Below are positions 30,695 through 41,092 of a stretch of 64,000 nucleotides of DNA, one piece after another (the stretch's first letter is position 1; each line of letters begins with the position of its first letter). Both the position numbers and the translations under genes were made by a program. The stretch comes from Longimicrobiales bacterium (GTDB lineage Bacteria; Gemmatimonadota; Gemmatimonadetes; Longimicrobiales; Gaopeijiaceae). A model generated the notes under the pieces. It worked only from the letters and a program-made list of their open reading frames with translations. It made no database searches and had not been told where the DNA came from. The stretch spans positions 4,736,001 through 4,800,000 of the forward strand of contig OZ250165.1 of the NCBI GenBank assembly GCA_965238005.1. Reading direction: 5' to 3'.

Positions 30695-31984
30695 TTAGCC
30701 CCGGCGGGTGATTCGCTCCAAAACCTGATCACGGTCCAGTGAGCGGCGCTCGAAGGTGAACACCCGGAGGACCCGTGAAGTCGTGTAGAGGTCTTGAGCC
30801 AAGCGCGGCAGATCGATGAGTCCCGGGAGGCCACCCAGACCTAGGCGCTGGACCTGCCCGGTCCGCCTCTCGATGAGCAGATCCAGCTGGAACATGGCAC
30901 GCTTGGCGGGAAAGTCGATGACCACCTCGCCGGGCCCGAGGCCCACCTCCTCGGCCAACTGATCCTCCACCGCCCTCTTCATGGGTGTCTCGGAGACCAC
31001 CCAGTCCTCCACGACCCGATCGCCCAGCTCGGCGGCCGTGACCTCCAATGCCCGCTTGGGAAGCTTGCGGGTCCTGAGGGCGGGGAGCCACCGTGTCGAA
31101 AGCCTCTCGGCGACGGGACTGTCGGCAACCTGAGCGCGGCGGGTCGTCTCGTAGATCAGCTCCTCGTCGGTAGCGCCGACAAGCTCCTCCGGGTCGAGGA
31201 TCCCATCCCGCACGGCCTCGTCCACGATCCTCTTGTAGAGAGCCGTGGCAGCGCGCACGCCGTGATGCCAATACACGTTTCTGAACATCTGATACTTGGC
31301 GAAGAGGAGCGACTCGAGGGCCGCCACCGCCTTCTCGTGGACCCCTACCTCCGCCCGCCCAGTCTCGGGATCCGTGAGGACGACGATCCCCTGGAGCAGC
31401 CGGTCCACGTCCACCTCGCCGTATGGCACCCCGCAAAAGCGGGCGTCCCGTCGGAGGTACTCCATCTTGTCCAGGTCCAGGCTGCCCGCCACCAGGCCTC
31501 CAAGGGGATTGTCGCTGCGTGCACGGATCAGGGCATGGATCTTCGGCGCTGCGCCGGGTCCGATGGTCGCCAGAGCATCGTTCAGCTCCGGCGAATCGAA
31601 GAAGCGAGCGCTGATCGCCTCGTGATCCCCCGGGAGGAGATCCGCCTCAAGCTCCTCCAGGGCGTGGGAGAACGCGTAGTGCCCGATGTCGTGCAGAAGG
31701 GCGGCATACGGCACAAGGTACGCATCCTCCCAGATGTCCTCGGGGATTCGACGCCCTTCCTTCAGACGCCGGATGGCCGTGACGGCCAGATGATACACGC
31801 CGATGGCGTGATCGAATCGGGTGTGCGTCGCCCCGGGATAGACCAGGTGGGCAAAGCCGAGCTGTCGGATGTAGCGAAGCCTCTGGAAAGCCTGCGTATC
31901 CACGATACGCACAGCCGTTGCATCGAGTCGAATTGTGTTCCACAGCGGGTCCCGAATGACCCGATCCCGGCTCTCGGAAGGCAT
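30695..31984 (-). CDS. HD-domain phosphohydrolase (dNTPase/SAMHD1-like)
   Basis: FQRLRYIRQLG, HTRFDH, LLHDIGH, DKMEYLRRD and VYWHH motifs. Confidence 0.9.
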   Translation of the reverse strand: MPSESRDRVIRDPLWNTIRLDATAVRIVDTQAFQRLRYIRQLGFAHLVYPGATHTRFDHAIGVYHLAVTAIRRLKEGRRIPEDIWEDAYLVPYAALLHDIGHYAFSHALEELEADLLPGDHEAISARFFDSPELNDALATIGPGAAPKIHALIRARSDNPLGGLVAGSLDLDKMEYLRRDARFCGVPYGEVDVDRLLQGIVVLTDPETGRAEVGVHEKAVAALESLLFAKYQMFRNVYWHHGVRAATALYKRIVDEAVRDGILDPEELVGATDEELIYETTRRAQVADSPVAERLSTRWLPALRTRKLPKRALEVTAAELGDRVVEDWVVSETPMKRAVEDQLAEEVGLGPGEVVIDFPAKRAMFQLDLLIERRTGQVQRLGLGGLPGLIDLPRLAQDLYTTSRVLRVFTFERRSLDRDQVLERITRRG

Positions 31985-32072
31985 GGCGGACGTTAGCGGT
32001 GCGGCGCCACCGGGAGCAATGGCTCTTTGGGTCGGGGCCCCTTATACTTACCGAAGGAAAAGCGAAAGTGTA

Positions 32073-33200
32073 GTGACTCCAACACCAGAGAGCGTGCCAA
32101 CCTCCGCCCTCCGAGAGCACGTACGTACCCACGCCGAGAACCGACCGGGCATCTATCAGCTGCTCGGCGTCGATGGGCATCCTCTGTACGTGGGAAAGTC
32201 GGTGCGGGTGAGGACGCGCCTGCTCTCCTATTTCCGGGCGCCACCGGGTGACAAGGCCGCCAATCTGATCCGTGAGACCGGTCGCATCCGCTGGGAGTAC
32301 ATTCCGAACGAGTTCTCTGCCCTGGTGCGGGAGATGAAGCTCATCCAGCACTGGCAGCCCCGCTTCAACGTCCAGCACAAGCGCAAGCGCATCTACGGGT
32401 TCGTGAAGCTGACCCGGGAGATCGCACCGCGTATCCTGCCCGTGACCCGTGTCATCGCCGACGGATCCCTCTACTTCGGTCCATTCCCGGCCATGGAACG
32501 GGTGGGGCGCACCGTTCGAGAGCTGGCACAGGCCGTGGGTTTGAGGGATTGTCCGGGATCCACGCCGGTATGCTTCGACGACCAGCTCGAGATGTTCAGC
32601 GGCGGGCGCACGCCGCTCTGTATGAGAGCCGAGCTGGGGACGTGCCTCGCCCCGTGCTGTGGGGGGACTACCGGAGACGCTTATCAGAGACAAGTCGCCG
32701 TGGCTCGCCGGTTCCTCGAAGGTCGGACCCGCGAGCCCCTCGTGGGCCTCGAGCGTCGCATGGAGGCGGCGGTGAGTCGTCTCGATTTCGAGTACGCGGG
32801 CGTCCTCAGGGATCGGATCGCAAGGCTACAGGCCTTCCAGGATCGGCTCGCCGCGTTCAGGGGTCGTATCGAGAGCCTGACGTTTCTATACAGAGTGCCG
32901 GGATTCGCAGGCGACGATCGTATCTATCTGATCCGCCGGGGCCGCATTCGGCGTGACTATGCGTATCCGAAGTCGAAGCGGGATCGGAGCCGGGTGTCGA
33001 AAGCCGTCGGGGACGTATACCGGAGCGTCGAGCGGGGTCCCGCGGCGCTGCAGCCCCACGAAGCGGCGGAGATCCTGTTGGTGGCGCGTTGGTTCGAGCT
33101 TCGCCCGAGGGAGTTGGAACGGACGGTGACGCCTCAGAGGTGGCTGGAGGAAGGGGCCATACGACGGCCCCGCCGAGGTAAATGCAGGGCCCCAGCATGA
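32073..33200 (+). CDS. UvrC N-terminal-like (Cho-like) GIY-YIG nuclease with UVR domain
   Basis: PGIY...LYVGKS, PRFN, CLAPC and [11 protein letters not shown]; no C-terminal RNaseH-like/HhH part. Confidence 0.85.
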   Translation: MTPTPESVPTSALREHVRTHAENRPGIYQLLGVDGHPLYVGKSVRVRTRLLSYFRAPPGDKAANLIRETGRIRWEYIPNEFSALVREMKLIQHWQPRFNVQHKRKRIYGFVKLTREIAPRILPVTRVIADGSLYFGPFPAMERVGRTVRELAQAVGLRDCPGSTPVCFDDQLEMFSGGRTPLCMRAELGTCLAPCCGGTTGDAYQRQVAVARRFLEGRTREPLVGLERRMEAAVSRLDFEYAGVLRDRIARLQAFQDRLAAFRGRIESLTFLYRVPGFAGDDRIYLIRRGRIRRDYAYPKSKRDRSRVSKAVGDVYRSVERGPAALQPHEAAEILLVARWFELRPRELERTVTPQRWLEEGAIRRPRRGKCRAPA

Positions 33201-33469
33201 TGGATCACCTCGAGGGTCTTCGAGTGGTGGATCTGACGCAGAACCTCGTGGGGCCCTATTGTACGCAGATCCTCGGCGACCTCGGCGCGGAGGTCGTGAA
33301 GATCGAGCCGCCCAATGGAGATGCCGCCCGTGCCCGGGGTCCCCCGTTCTGGGGCGGCGAGAGCCCTCTGTCCTCTCTACGAACCGTAACAAGTGGAGCG
33401 TCCACCTCGACCCGAAGAGCGACCGCGGCAGGGAGATCGTCTGGAAGCTGGCCGAAGGGAGGCCACTAG
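33197..33469 (+). pseudogene. CaiB/BaiF CoA-transferase III N-terminal remnant
   Basis: [11 protein letters not shown]...GPYC...[11 protein letters not shown], frameshifted NRNK, truncated at about 90 aa. Confidence 0.85.
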
Positions 33470-34944
33470 GCCGGTGCCCTCACCACTTCCCGAACGGAGT
33501 CCATCTCCTCGGCGGCGCCCTCCGGCGGGGAGGTGGCCAGGCTGACGCCGATGGTCACCACGAACCCTACCGCGAATCCGGGGATCATCTCGTAGAGATC
33601 GAAGAACCGCCCCTTGAGCAGCAGAACCCAGAGCACGGCCGCCAGGAATCCACAGACCATCCCTGCGATAGCCCCGGCCCGGGTGGTCCCCTTCCAGAAG
33701 AGCGAGCAGAGAACCACCGGTGTAAAGGCGCTGGCCAGACCCGACCAGGCGAAGAGCACGAACCAGAAGATCGCCCTGGCGTCCGTCAGTGCCGCCGCCA
33801 ACGCCGCGGCTCCGATGACGACGGTGACGCCCTTTCCGTAGAGGGAGAGCTGCCGCTCGCTTACGTCGGGGTGGAAGATCTGCTGGACGATGTCCCTCAC
33901 CACCGCCGAGGACGCAAGGATCAAAAGGGAGTCCACCGTGGACATGATGGCCGCCAGGACCACCACCAGGAAGATCCCCGTGAAGAGCGCCGGGAAGAGG
34001 GAGCTGCTCATGACCGGAAGGATCGTCTCCTGGTCGGCGAGCCCCGGGAAGAGCACGCGTCCCGCCATCCCTCCGAAGACCGCCCCGAGGTCGAAGACCA
34101 GGATGCAGAACACGGCGATCCTGCCCCCCCGGACGATGTCGCGGTGCCCCCGGGCGGCGATGAAACGGGTGAGAAGCTGTGGCGAGCCCATAAAGGCGAG
34201 TCCGATGGCGATGAACCCGGCGACATCGATGATGCCCCTGAGACTGAATCCGGCGGCGCCCATGGGGCCCAGGAGGCTTGGGTCCTGCGCCTGAAGGCCC
34301 TCGACCATCGACGACCAGCCTCCTGCGGCGGCGATCCCAACCACCGGGAGCACGGCCAGGCACATGAACATCAGCACGCCCTGGAAGAGATCGCTGTATG
34401 CCACCGCCTTGAAGCCACCCACCGTCGTGTAGTAGAGGATCACCGCGGCACCGATCCAGACCCCCATCGAGTAGCTCGTGTTCAGGAACGACCCGAAGGC
34501 TTTCCCCGAGGCCGTCAGCTGAGCCGCAGTGTAGGCGGTGACCATGCTCACGATGATGATCATGCTGATCACGCGAATGACGTGACCTTTATCGTGGAAC
34601 CTGGATTCCAGATAGTCGGGAACCGTGATGGAGTCGTGCCGGTCGGTGTACTCCTTGAAGGGGCGGGCCACGTACTTCCACGCCACTAGAACGCCGAGGA
34701 ACTCTCCCACAACGACCCACAGAGCGTGGAAGCCTACGGCGTACCCCATCCCGGTGAGCCCCAGGAGCAGCCAGGCGCTCTCACCGGTGGAGTTGGAGCT
34801 GAAGGCGATGACCCACGAAGGAAGCCTCTTGTCGGCCACGTAGTAACCGGCCACGCTCCCGGAGGCCCTGCTCCCCCACATGCCGAGGCCCAGAAGGACG
34901 AGCAGGTATACAACGAGGACCCCGATGATGACCGTGGAGGTCAC
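33466..34944 (-). CDS. Sodium:solute symporter (PutP-like)
   Basis: [25 protein letters not shown] and AAIMSTVDS motifs. Confidence 0.9.
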   Translation of the reverse strand: MTSTVIIGVLVVYLLVLLGLGMWGSRASGSVAGYYVADKRLPSWVIAFSSNSTGESAWLLLGLTGMGYAVGFHALWVVVGEFLGVLVAWKYVARPFKEYTDRHDSITVPDYLESRFHDKGHVIRVISMIIIVSMVTAYTAAQLTASGKAFGSFLNTSYSMGVWIGAAVILYYTTVGGFKAVAYSDLFQGVLMFMCLAVLPVVGIAAAGGWSSMVEGLQAQDPSLLGPMGAAGFSLRGIIDVAGFIAIGLAFMGSPQLLTRFIAARGHRDIVRGGRIAVFCILVFDLGAVFGGMAGRVLFPGLADQETILPVMSSSLFPALFTGIFLVVVLAAIMSTVDSLLILASSAVVRDIVQQIFHPDVSERQLSLYGKGVTVVIGAAALAAALTDARAIFWFVLFAWSGLASAFTPVVLCSLFWKGTTRAGAIAGMVCGFLAAVLWVLLLKGRFFDLYEMIPGFAVGFVVTIGVSLATSPPEGAAEEMDSVREVVRAPA

Positions 34945-34948
34945 CGGC

Positions 34949-35114
34949 TAGTGTTCCGTTGCCGAAGTCCGCGAGCCGCCAAGAGGGTGGGGGCGCCCTG
35001 GGATCAAGGCGGGACGACGCGGCGTAGCCAAAGCTACGGTAAGGAGTCCCAACGCCGAGCCCAGGGATGCAGCGTGCCCTCGACTGGCCGAGACACTTCG
35101 GCAACGGGACACTA
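34949..35114 (+). mobile_element. MITE-like element type B, long copy
   Basis: TIR GTGTTCCGTTGCCGAAGT/ACTTCGGCAACGGGACAC, TA flanks, nested hairpins. Confidence 0.88.
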
Positions 35115-36434
35115 GGCGCCCTCGACCCGGTGACACGCCCGCTCCAGGCGCTCCAGTCCCTCCGCCATCTCGTCCTCGGTGATGAGGAGTGACGGTCCGA
35201 TGCGGATGACGTGGCCGTGGAGGCCTCCGATCCCGATGAGGAGACCTTCCTCCCTGGCGGCCTCCAGAAGGGCCTTCGTCTTCTGCGGCGACGGCTCCTT
35301 CGTGTCCGGATCCTCCACGAGCTCCAGAGCCTGCATGAGGCCCATCCCCCGGGCATCTCCGATCCAGCGGAAACGCGCGTAAAGCTCCATGAGGCCTGCG
35401 TGGAGCTGCCCGCCCCGCTCCTTGGCCCTCTGCGGCACGTCCTCCTCCACCATGACCTCCAGGGTGGCAGTGGTCGCCGCCATCGACACCGGATTGCCCC
35501 CGAAGGTGGAAATGGTCTTCGCCTTCCAGGACGCGGCAATGTCCGGCCGTGTGATGGTGGCGCCCACGGGCATTCCGTTGGCGATGCCCTTGGCCATGAC
35601 CATGATGTCGGGCTCGACTCCCGCATGCTCGATCGCGAACCAGCGCTCGCCCGAGCGGCCGAAGCCGGACTGAACCTCGTCCGAGATGAAGAGCCCGCCG
35701 TACGATCGGATGATCTCGGCGGCCCGCTCGAAGTATCCGGGCGGCGGCACGATATAGCCCCCGACACCCATGACGGACTCGGCGATGAACGCGGCTGGAC
35801 GTCCGTTGGTGGTCGTCCGGATGACGTCCTCGAGGTCCTGGGCGAACGCCTCGGTGCAGCTCTCGTCGCACGGCTGCTTGAACGGGCAGCGGTAGGGGTA
35901 GGGAGTCAGCGTGTGCTTGATGCCCGGGAACGTGGTAGCCATCGGCCGCCAAGCACTCACGGCCGTGATGTTGGTGGCCAGGAAGCTGCGGCCGTGGTAC
36001 GCCTGCCGGAGGGCGACGATCTCCGTGCGACCCGTGTGCAAGCAGGCCATATGGATGGCCGTCTCGATGGCCTCGGTTCCTGAGTTGGTGAAGAACGTCT
36101 GGCTCAGCTGGCCGGGCGCGATGTCGGCCAGGCGGCGGGCGGCCTCCACGTGAGGCTCGGTGACGTAGAGCGTGGAGGTGTGGCCCAAGCGTGCCATCTG
36201 CTCCTGGACTCGCGCGACCACCCTGGGGTTGCAGTGTCCCACGGACGTGGTGAGGATGCCACTGAACAGGTCCAGGTACTCGCGACCGTCGGCGTCTCGC
36301 ACCCGCACACCTTCGCCCTCGGCCAGGACGAGAGGCTTGTCGTATAGGGGCTTTGCGGCCGGGAATACGAACTCGTTCTGGCCCGCCCTGACGGCCTGGC
36401 TCTTCATCAGCGTCTCGGCTCCGCTGGTCTCCAT
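35112..36434 (-). CDS. Class III PLP aminotransferase (AGXT2-like)
   Basis: NSGTEA, DEVQSGFGRSG, MAKGIANG and TFGGNP motifs; ATG 36434 after GGGAGG. Confidence 0.9.
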   Translation of the reverse strand: METSGAETLMKSQAVRAGQNEFVFPAAKPLYDKPLVLAEGEGVRVRDADGREYLDLFSGILTTSVGHCNPRVVARVQEQMARLGHTSTLYVTEPHVEAARRLADIAPGQLSQTFFTNSGTEAIETAIHMACLHTGRTEIVALRQAYHGRSFLATNITAVSAWRPMATTFPGIKHTLTPYPYRCPFKQPCDESCTEAFAQDLEDVIRTTTNGRPAAFIAESVMGVGGYIVPPPGYFERAAEIIRSYGGLFISDEVQSGFGRSGERWFAIEHAGVEPDIMVMAKGIANGMPVGATITRPDIAASWKAKTISTFGGNPVSMAATTATLEVMVEEDVPQRAKERGGQLHAGLMELYARFRWIGDARGMGLMQALELVEDPDTKEPSPQKTKALLEAAREEGLLIGIGGLHGHVIRIGPSLLITEDEMAEGLERLERACHRVEGA

Positions 36435-36544
36435 CCTTGCCTCCCGTGTGCTTCGCATGGGGCCGCGGAGCCCCGATCTGCCAGGCGAGCCTTTCGACAA
36501 CCAAGCGAGATGAGGCGGCCTCTACGTTCTAGACTGCTGGTCGG

Positions 36545-38080
36545 TCAGGCGTCGCTCGGGAAGGCGAACTTCGCCCCTTCCCGAACCTCACTCGACGGCC
36601 AGCGCTGGGTGATGGTCTTTCGTCGTGTATAGAAGCGCACGCCGTCAGGCCCGTAGGCGAAAAGATCGCCCAAGAACGAGCGCTTCCAGCCGCCGAAGCT
36701 ATGGTACGCCACCGGCACCGGCAGGGGGACGTTGATCCCCACCATGCCCGCCTTGATGTGATCGCTGAAGTACCGCGCCGCTTCACCGTCGCGGGTGAAT
36801 ATGCAGGTGCCGTTGCCGAACTCGTGCTCGTCTGTGAGGTCCATGGCCTCCTGCAAGCCGTCGACGCGCACTACAGAGAGCACCGGCCCGAAGATCTCAT
36901 CGGCGTAGATGCGCATGCCAGGCTTCACGTTGTCGAAGAGGCAGGCTCCGAGGAAGAAACCGTCCTCATGACCGGGCACCTGAAGATCCCTGCCGTCCAC
37001 GACCAGGTCGGCGCCTTCCTCCACACCCAGGTCGACGTAGCGCCGGACCTTTTCGTCGTGCTCGCGGGTGACCAGCGGCCCCATGTCGTTCCCGACCTCA
37101 CATCCGGCGCCCACCTTCAGCCGCTCGATACGCTCCGACAACCCCGCGACCAGGGCATCACCCGTCTCCTCCCCGACCGCCACCACGACCGAGATCGCCA
37201 TGCAACGCTCGCCGCAGGAGCCGTAGGCGGCCCCCATCAACGCGTCGACCGCATTCTCCATGTCGGCATCGGGCATCACGATGGCGTGATTCTTGGCGCC
37301 ACCCAGGGCCTGTACGCGCTTGCCGTTGGCGGTGCCGGTCCGATACACGTACTCGGCGATGACCGTGGAGCCCACGAAGCTCACCGCCTGTACGCGCTCG
37401 TCGGTCAACAGGGTGTCTACCGCTTCCTTGCCGCCGTTCACGAGGTTGAAGACGCCGTCCGGCAGGCCTGCCTCCTTCAGCAGCTCGGCCGCCAGCATCG
37501 GCGCACTCGGGTCCCGCTCCGAGGGCTTCAGAATGAAGGTGTTCCCGCACACCAGCGCGATGGGATACATCCACATGGGCACCATCACCGGGAAGTTGAA
37601 CGGCGTGATGCCAGCCACCACGCCCAGCGGGTGGAACTCGGACCAGCTGTCGATGGCGGGGCCGACGTTCTTGCTGTACTCGCCCTTCAGCAGATCGGGA
37701 GCTCCGCACGCGTATTCGACTTTCTCGATGCCGCGCTGAAGCTCGCCCGCGGCATCCTCGAGGACCTTGCCGTGCTCCTCGCTCAGGAGTGCCACCAGAC
37801 GATCGGCGTTCTCCTCGAGCAGCCCCTTGTAGCGGAACATGATGCGGGCCCTCTTGGCCGCGGGCGTGTCTCTCCAGGCCGGGAACGCCGCGTGGGCGGC
37901 CTCAATGGCCTGCTCCACCGTCTGCCTGCCGGCGAGGGCCACATGGCGGACGACTTCTCCCCTCGCCGGGTCATACACAGCCTGCGTGTTCACGGAGTCG
38001 GCCACCGGCCTGCCGTTGATGAAGTGGCCGATGACCGGGGTAGCCGTTCCGGTCTCGGGCGCCGTCAGTGTGTCAGCCAT
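36545..38080 (-). CDS. mmsA: CoA-acylating (methyl)malonate-semialdehyde dehydrogenase
   Basis: TPFNFP, FVGST, LGGAKNH, GERCMA and EIFGPV motifs. Confidence 0.92.
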   Translation of the reverse strand: MADTLTAPETGTATPVIGHFINGRPVADSVNTQAVYDPARGEVVRHVALAGRQTVEQAIEAAHAAFPAWRDTPAAKRARIMFRYKGLLEENADRLVALLSEEHGKVLEDAAGELQRGIEKVEYACGAPDLLKGEYSKNVGPAIDSWSEFHPLGVVAGITPFNFPVMVPMWMYPIALVCGNTFILKPSERDPSAPMLAAELLKEAGLPDGVFNLVNGGKEAVDTLLTDERVQAVSFVGSTVIAEYVYRTGTANGKRVQALGGAKNHAIVMPDADMENAVDALMGAAYGSCGERCMAISVVVAVGEETGDALVAGLSERIERLKVGAGCEVGNDMGPLVTREHDEKVRRYVDLGVEEGADLVVDGRDLQVPGHEDGFFLGACLFDNVKPGMRIYADEIFGPVLSVVRVDGLQEAMDLTDEHEFGNGTCIFTRDGEAARYFSDHIKAGMVGINVPLPVPVAYHSFGGWKRSFLGDLFAYGPDGVRFYTRRKTITQRWPSSEVREGAKFAFPSDA

Positions 38081-38246
38081 GGTGCTGCCTGCCTTATTAC
38101 CGAGGGGGCGCTCCCGTGGAGCGGTCCCAATTACCAACGGATACGCCCTAAAATACGCGGCCCGCGTCCTGGCCGCACGGGACTGCCAGAGCGGACGGCG
38201 CAAAAACCGGGGCTCCGGAGCGAGGGCTCCGTGTCTACAGAGGGGG

Positions 38247-38320
38247 CGCTAGAGCCCGGCCCCCCCTGGGCCGCTAGAGCCCGGCCCCCCCTGAGGCGCT
38301 AGAGCCCGCCTCCCCTGAGG
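38247..38320 (+). repeat. Three tandem 24-25 bp repeats
   Basis: CGCTAGAGCCCGGCCCCCCCTG(G/A)G unit; the third copy is the 3' end of the 38299 ORF. Confidence 0.85.
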
Positions 38321-38682
38321 CGCTGGAGTGCCTGGGTCGCCGGCGGATTGTCATGCACCAACTCGAGGGATTTCTCGTACGCCTCGATGGCTGCCTCCGT
38401 CTCGTCCTCGAAGGCGTGGATCTGCCCTTTGAGCAACCAGAACCCGAACGATTCCGGATGGTGCTCCAGGTTCAGCTCCACCACCGCCATGGCTCCCTGC
38501 GAGTCGCCACGGGCCACGGCTTCGGCCACCCGCTCCAGAGGCCTCGGTCCGAACTCGTATGCACCCCTCCCGAAGTACTCCTCACGGAGCTCGTCGTAGC
38601 GCGCTCTCAGAGCCTCCAAGCCGCCGTCCTCCATGGCCCAGGTCACCTCCTGCTCGAGCGTGGCGGGCTCCTCAACCCCCAC
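38299..38682 (-). CDS. TPR-containing protein, probably a C-terminal remnant
   Basis: LNLEHHPES...AIEAYEKSLEL TPR pattern; start buried in the EVE gene. Confidence 0.55.
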   Translation of the reverse strand: MGVEEPATLEQEVTWAMEDGGLEALRARYDELREEYFGRGAYEFGPRPLERVAEAVARGDSQGAMAVVELNLEHHPESFGFWLLKGQIHAFEDETEAAIEAYEKSLELVHDNPPATQALQRLRGGGL

Positions 38683-39130
38683 CCATTTTCAGGATCGTGT
38701 AGAACTCCTTCTTCCGGACGGGCTGCACCGAGAGCCGGGAGTTGTTCACCAGGACCATGTCTGAGAGCGACTTCACGGCCTTGACGTCATGAAGGCTCAC
38801 CTCCGACTTCAGCTTCTTCACGAAGCGGACATCCACCATCCACCAGCGCGGCTTCTCCTCGCTAGACTTCGGATCGTAGTACTTGTGCTTCTTGTCGAAC
38901 TGGGTGAAGTCCGGATACGCCTCTTTGACCACCCGGGCCACCCCCACAACCCCCGGCGGCGTCTCCTGGCTGTGGTAGTAGAGGACCTCGTCGCCCTTCT
39001 TCATGGCCATCATGTGATTTCGGGCCTGGTAGTTCCGCACGCCCTCCCAATAGGTCGTCTCGTCGTTCTTGAGGTCGTCGATGGAGTAGACGTCGGGCTC
39101 GCTCTTCATGAGCCAATAGGACTTAGCCAT
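38672..39130 (-). CDS. EVE domain protein
   Basis: YWLMKSEP, WEGVRNYQARN, YYDPKS and SRLSVQPV motifs. Confidence 0.93.
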   Translation of the reverse strand: MAKSYWLMKSEPDVYSIDDLKNDETTYWEGVRNYQARNHMMAMKKGDEVLYYHSQETPPGVVGVARVVKEAYPDFTQFDKKHKYYDPKSSEEKPRWWMVDVRFVKKLKSEVSLHDVKAVKSLSDMVLVNNSRLSVQPVRKKEFYTILKMGGG

Positions 39131-39390
39131 GTGTCGCTCGTTCACTCGGTTGGAGGCGGGGGCCTCGTAACAGCCGCCCTGGCGAACTCCGGCGGCGTGC
39201 TCGCCCGTTCTACGGGTTCGGAGATTACGCCGAGCAAACGATGCTTGACAACCGATGGTCCTACTCGACAGGCACACGGCCTTCTGGATGGGCGACCTGG
39301 AGGCCTAGTCCGGCAGGGATCGGTTCGGGCGGTTCAGGACGTCCGACCTCGCGGTGACCGGCTACCCGGACCGACGGGCGTAAGGCCACC

Positions 39391-41016
39391 CTATCTCGGG
39401 CCCGCCTCCTTCACGTCCTCGGGGACGTGGTCCTCGAAGTTGCCGAAGTTCTCTTTGAACATGGAGGCCAACTTCTCGGCGGCTGCGTCGTACTCGGCCC
39501 CGTCGGCCCAGGTGGTGCGCGGGGTGAGGATCTCGGCGGGCACGCACGCCACCTCCGCTGGGATCTGCAGCCCGAAGACCGGATCGGCCTCGGTGGCGAC
39601 CCCATCCAGCTCACCGGCCAGCGCGGCGCTCACCATGGCCCGCGTGTACGACAGCTTCATGCGGCTTCCCACACCGTATCCCCCCCCACTCCACCCGGTG
39701 TTCACGAGCCAGACACTGGAGCCGTGCTCCCGGAGTCGCTCACCGAGCATCTCGGCGTACTCCCCCGGGTGTCTCGGCAGGAACGGCGCCCCGAAGCAGG
39801 CGCTGAAGGTTGCCTTGGGCTCGGTGATCCCCCGCTCGGTCCCCGCCACCTTCGCCGTGTAGCCCGATACGAAGTGATACATGGCCTGCTCGGGCGAGAG
39901 CTTGGAGATGGGAGGCAGGACGCCGAAGGCGTCGGCCGTCAGGAACACCACGTTCTTCGGGTGCCCGCCCAGACCCGGGACCACGGCGTTGGGAATGTAG
40001 TGGATGGGGTACGACGCACGGGTGTTCTCGGTGATGCTCCCGTCGTCGAAGTCGATCTCCCGGGTGTCGTCGTCGAGGATGACGTTCTCGAGGATCGTCC
40101 CGAACATCTTGGTCGCCTGGTAGATCTCCGGCTCACCCTCCGGCGAGAGCTTGATGGTCTTCGCGTAGCAACCGCCCTCGAAGTTAAAGATCCCGGCCTC
40201 GCCCCAGCCGTGCTCGTCGTCGCCGATGAGCCCCCGCTGCGGATCGGCCGAAAGCGTCGTCTTGCCCGTGCCCGAAAGGCCGAAGAAGAGCGCCGTGTCG
40301 CCGTCGGGACCGACATTGGCCGAGCAGTGCATGGGCAGCACGCCCTGGTCCGGGAGCATGTAGTTCAGGACCGAGAAGATCGACTTCTTGATCTCTCCGG
40401 CGTAGTTGGAGCCACCGATCACGACCTGGCGCTCCTGGAAGTTCAGGACGATGAACGTGCCGCTGTTCGTGCCGTGCCTCTCCGGGTCGGCCAAGAAGCC
40501 CGGCGCATGGAGCACCGTGAAGTCGGGCTGGAACTCCGCGAGCTCCTCGCCGGTGGGCCGCAGGAACATGTTGTACGCGAACAGGTTGTGCCACGCGTTG
40601 TGCGTCACCACCCGGACGTTCAGTCCGTGACCCGGATGGGCGCCGGCCCTGGCGTCCCGGACGAACAGCTCCTGCCCGTTCAGAAAGGGGATGATCTCGT
40701 CACGAAGCACGTAGAAATGCTCTTCGCTCAGGGGCACGTTCAGGGCGCCCCAGTCGATGCTCTCGCCCGTAGCGGACTCCTTGACCGTGAACTTGTCGTT
40801 CGGCGAGCGCCCCGTGTGAGGGGCCGTAACGGCCGTGAACGCACCCATGTGGGCCAGTCGTCCCTCCCCCCGCGCCAGCGCCCGCTCGTAGAGCTGAGCG
40901 GGGGAGAGATTCCAGTGCACCTTCTTCTGCGGGTCGAGTCCGTGGGTGTCCAGTCCCGCTCGGGCGGAGGCCTTCGCTCCAATCATCGACCGATTGCCCT
41001 CGATCTGGGTCGCCAT
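39391..41016 (-). CDS. pckA: Phosphoenolpyruvate carboxykinase (ATP)
   Basis: GLSGTGKTTLSAD, IGDDEHGW and NFEGGCYAK motifs. Confidence 0.96.
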   Translation of the reverse strand: MATQIEGNRSMIGAKASARAGLDTHGLDPQKKVHWNLSPAQLYERALARGEGRLAHMGAFTAVTAPHTGRSPNDKFTVKESATGESIDWGALNVPLSEEHFYVLRDEIIPFLNGQELFVRDARAGAHPGHGLNVRVVTHNAWHNLFAYNMFLRPTGEELAEFQPDFTVLHAPGFLADPERHGTNSGTFIVLNFQERQVVIGGSNYAGEIKKSIFSVLNYMLPDQGVLPMHCSANVGPDGDTALFFGLSGTGKTTLSADPQRGLIGDDEHGWGEAGIFNFEGGCYAKTIKLSPEGEPEIYQATKMFGTILENVILDDDTREIDFDDGSITENTRASYPIHYIPNAVVPGLGGHPKNVVFLTADAFGVLPPISKLSPEQAMYHFVSGYTAKVAGTERGITEPKATFSACFGAPFLPRHPGEYAEMLGERLREHGSSVWLVNTGWSGGGYGVGSRMKLSYTRAMVSAALAGELDGVATEADPVFGLQIPAEVACVPAEILTPRTTWADGAEYDAAAEKLASMFKENFGNFEDHVPEDVKEAGPR

Positions 41017-41092
41017 TGATCGGTCCTCTATTCCTTCTCTTCAGTAGAGCTCAACACCGAGAAAACACCGACCGTCTGGGTCGAGTCCGGCA

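Noticed and set aside
38247..38320. Possible CRISPR array
   Set aside because: Repeats are contiguous with no spacers; no cas genes in the window.
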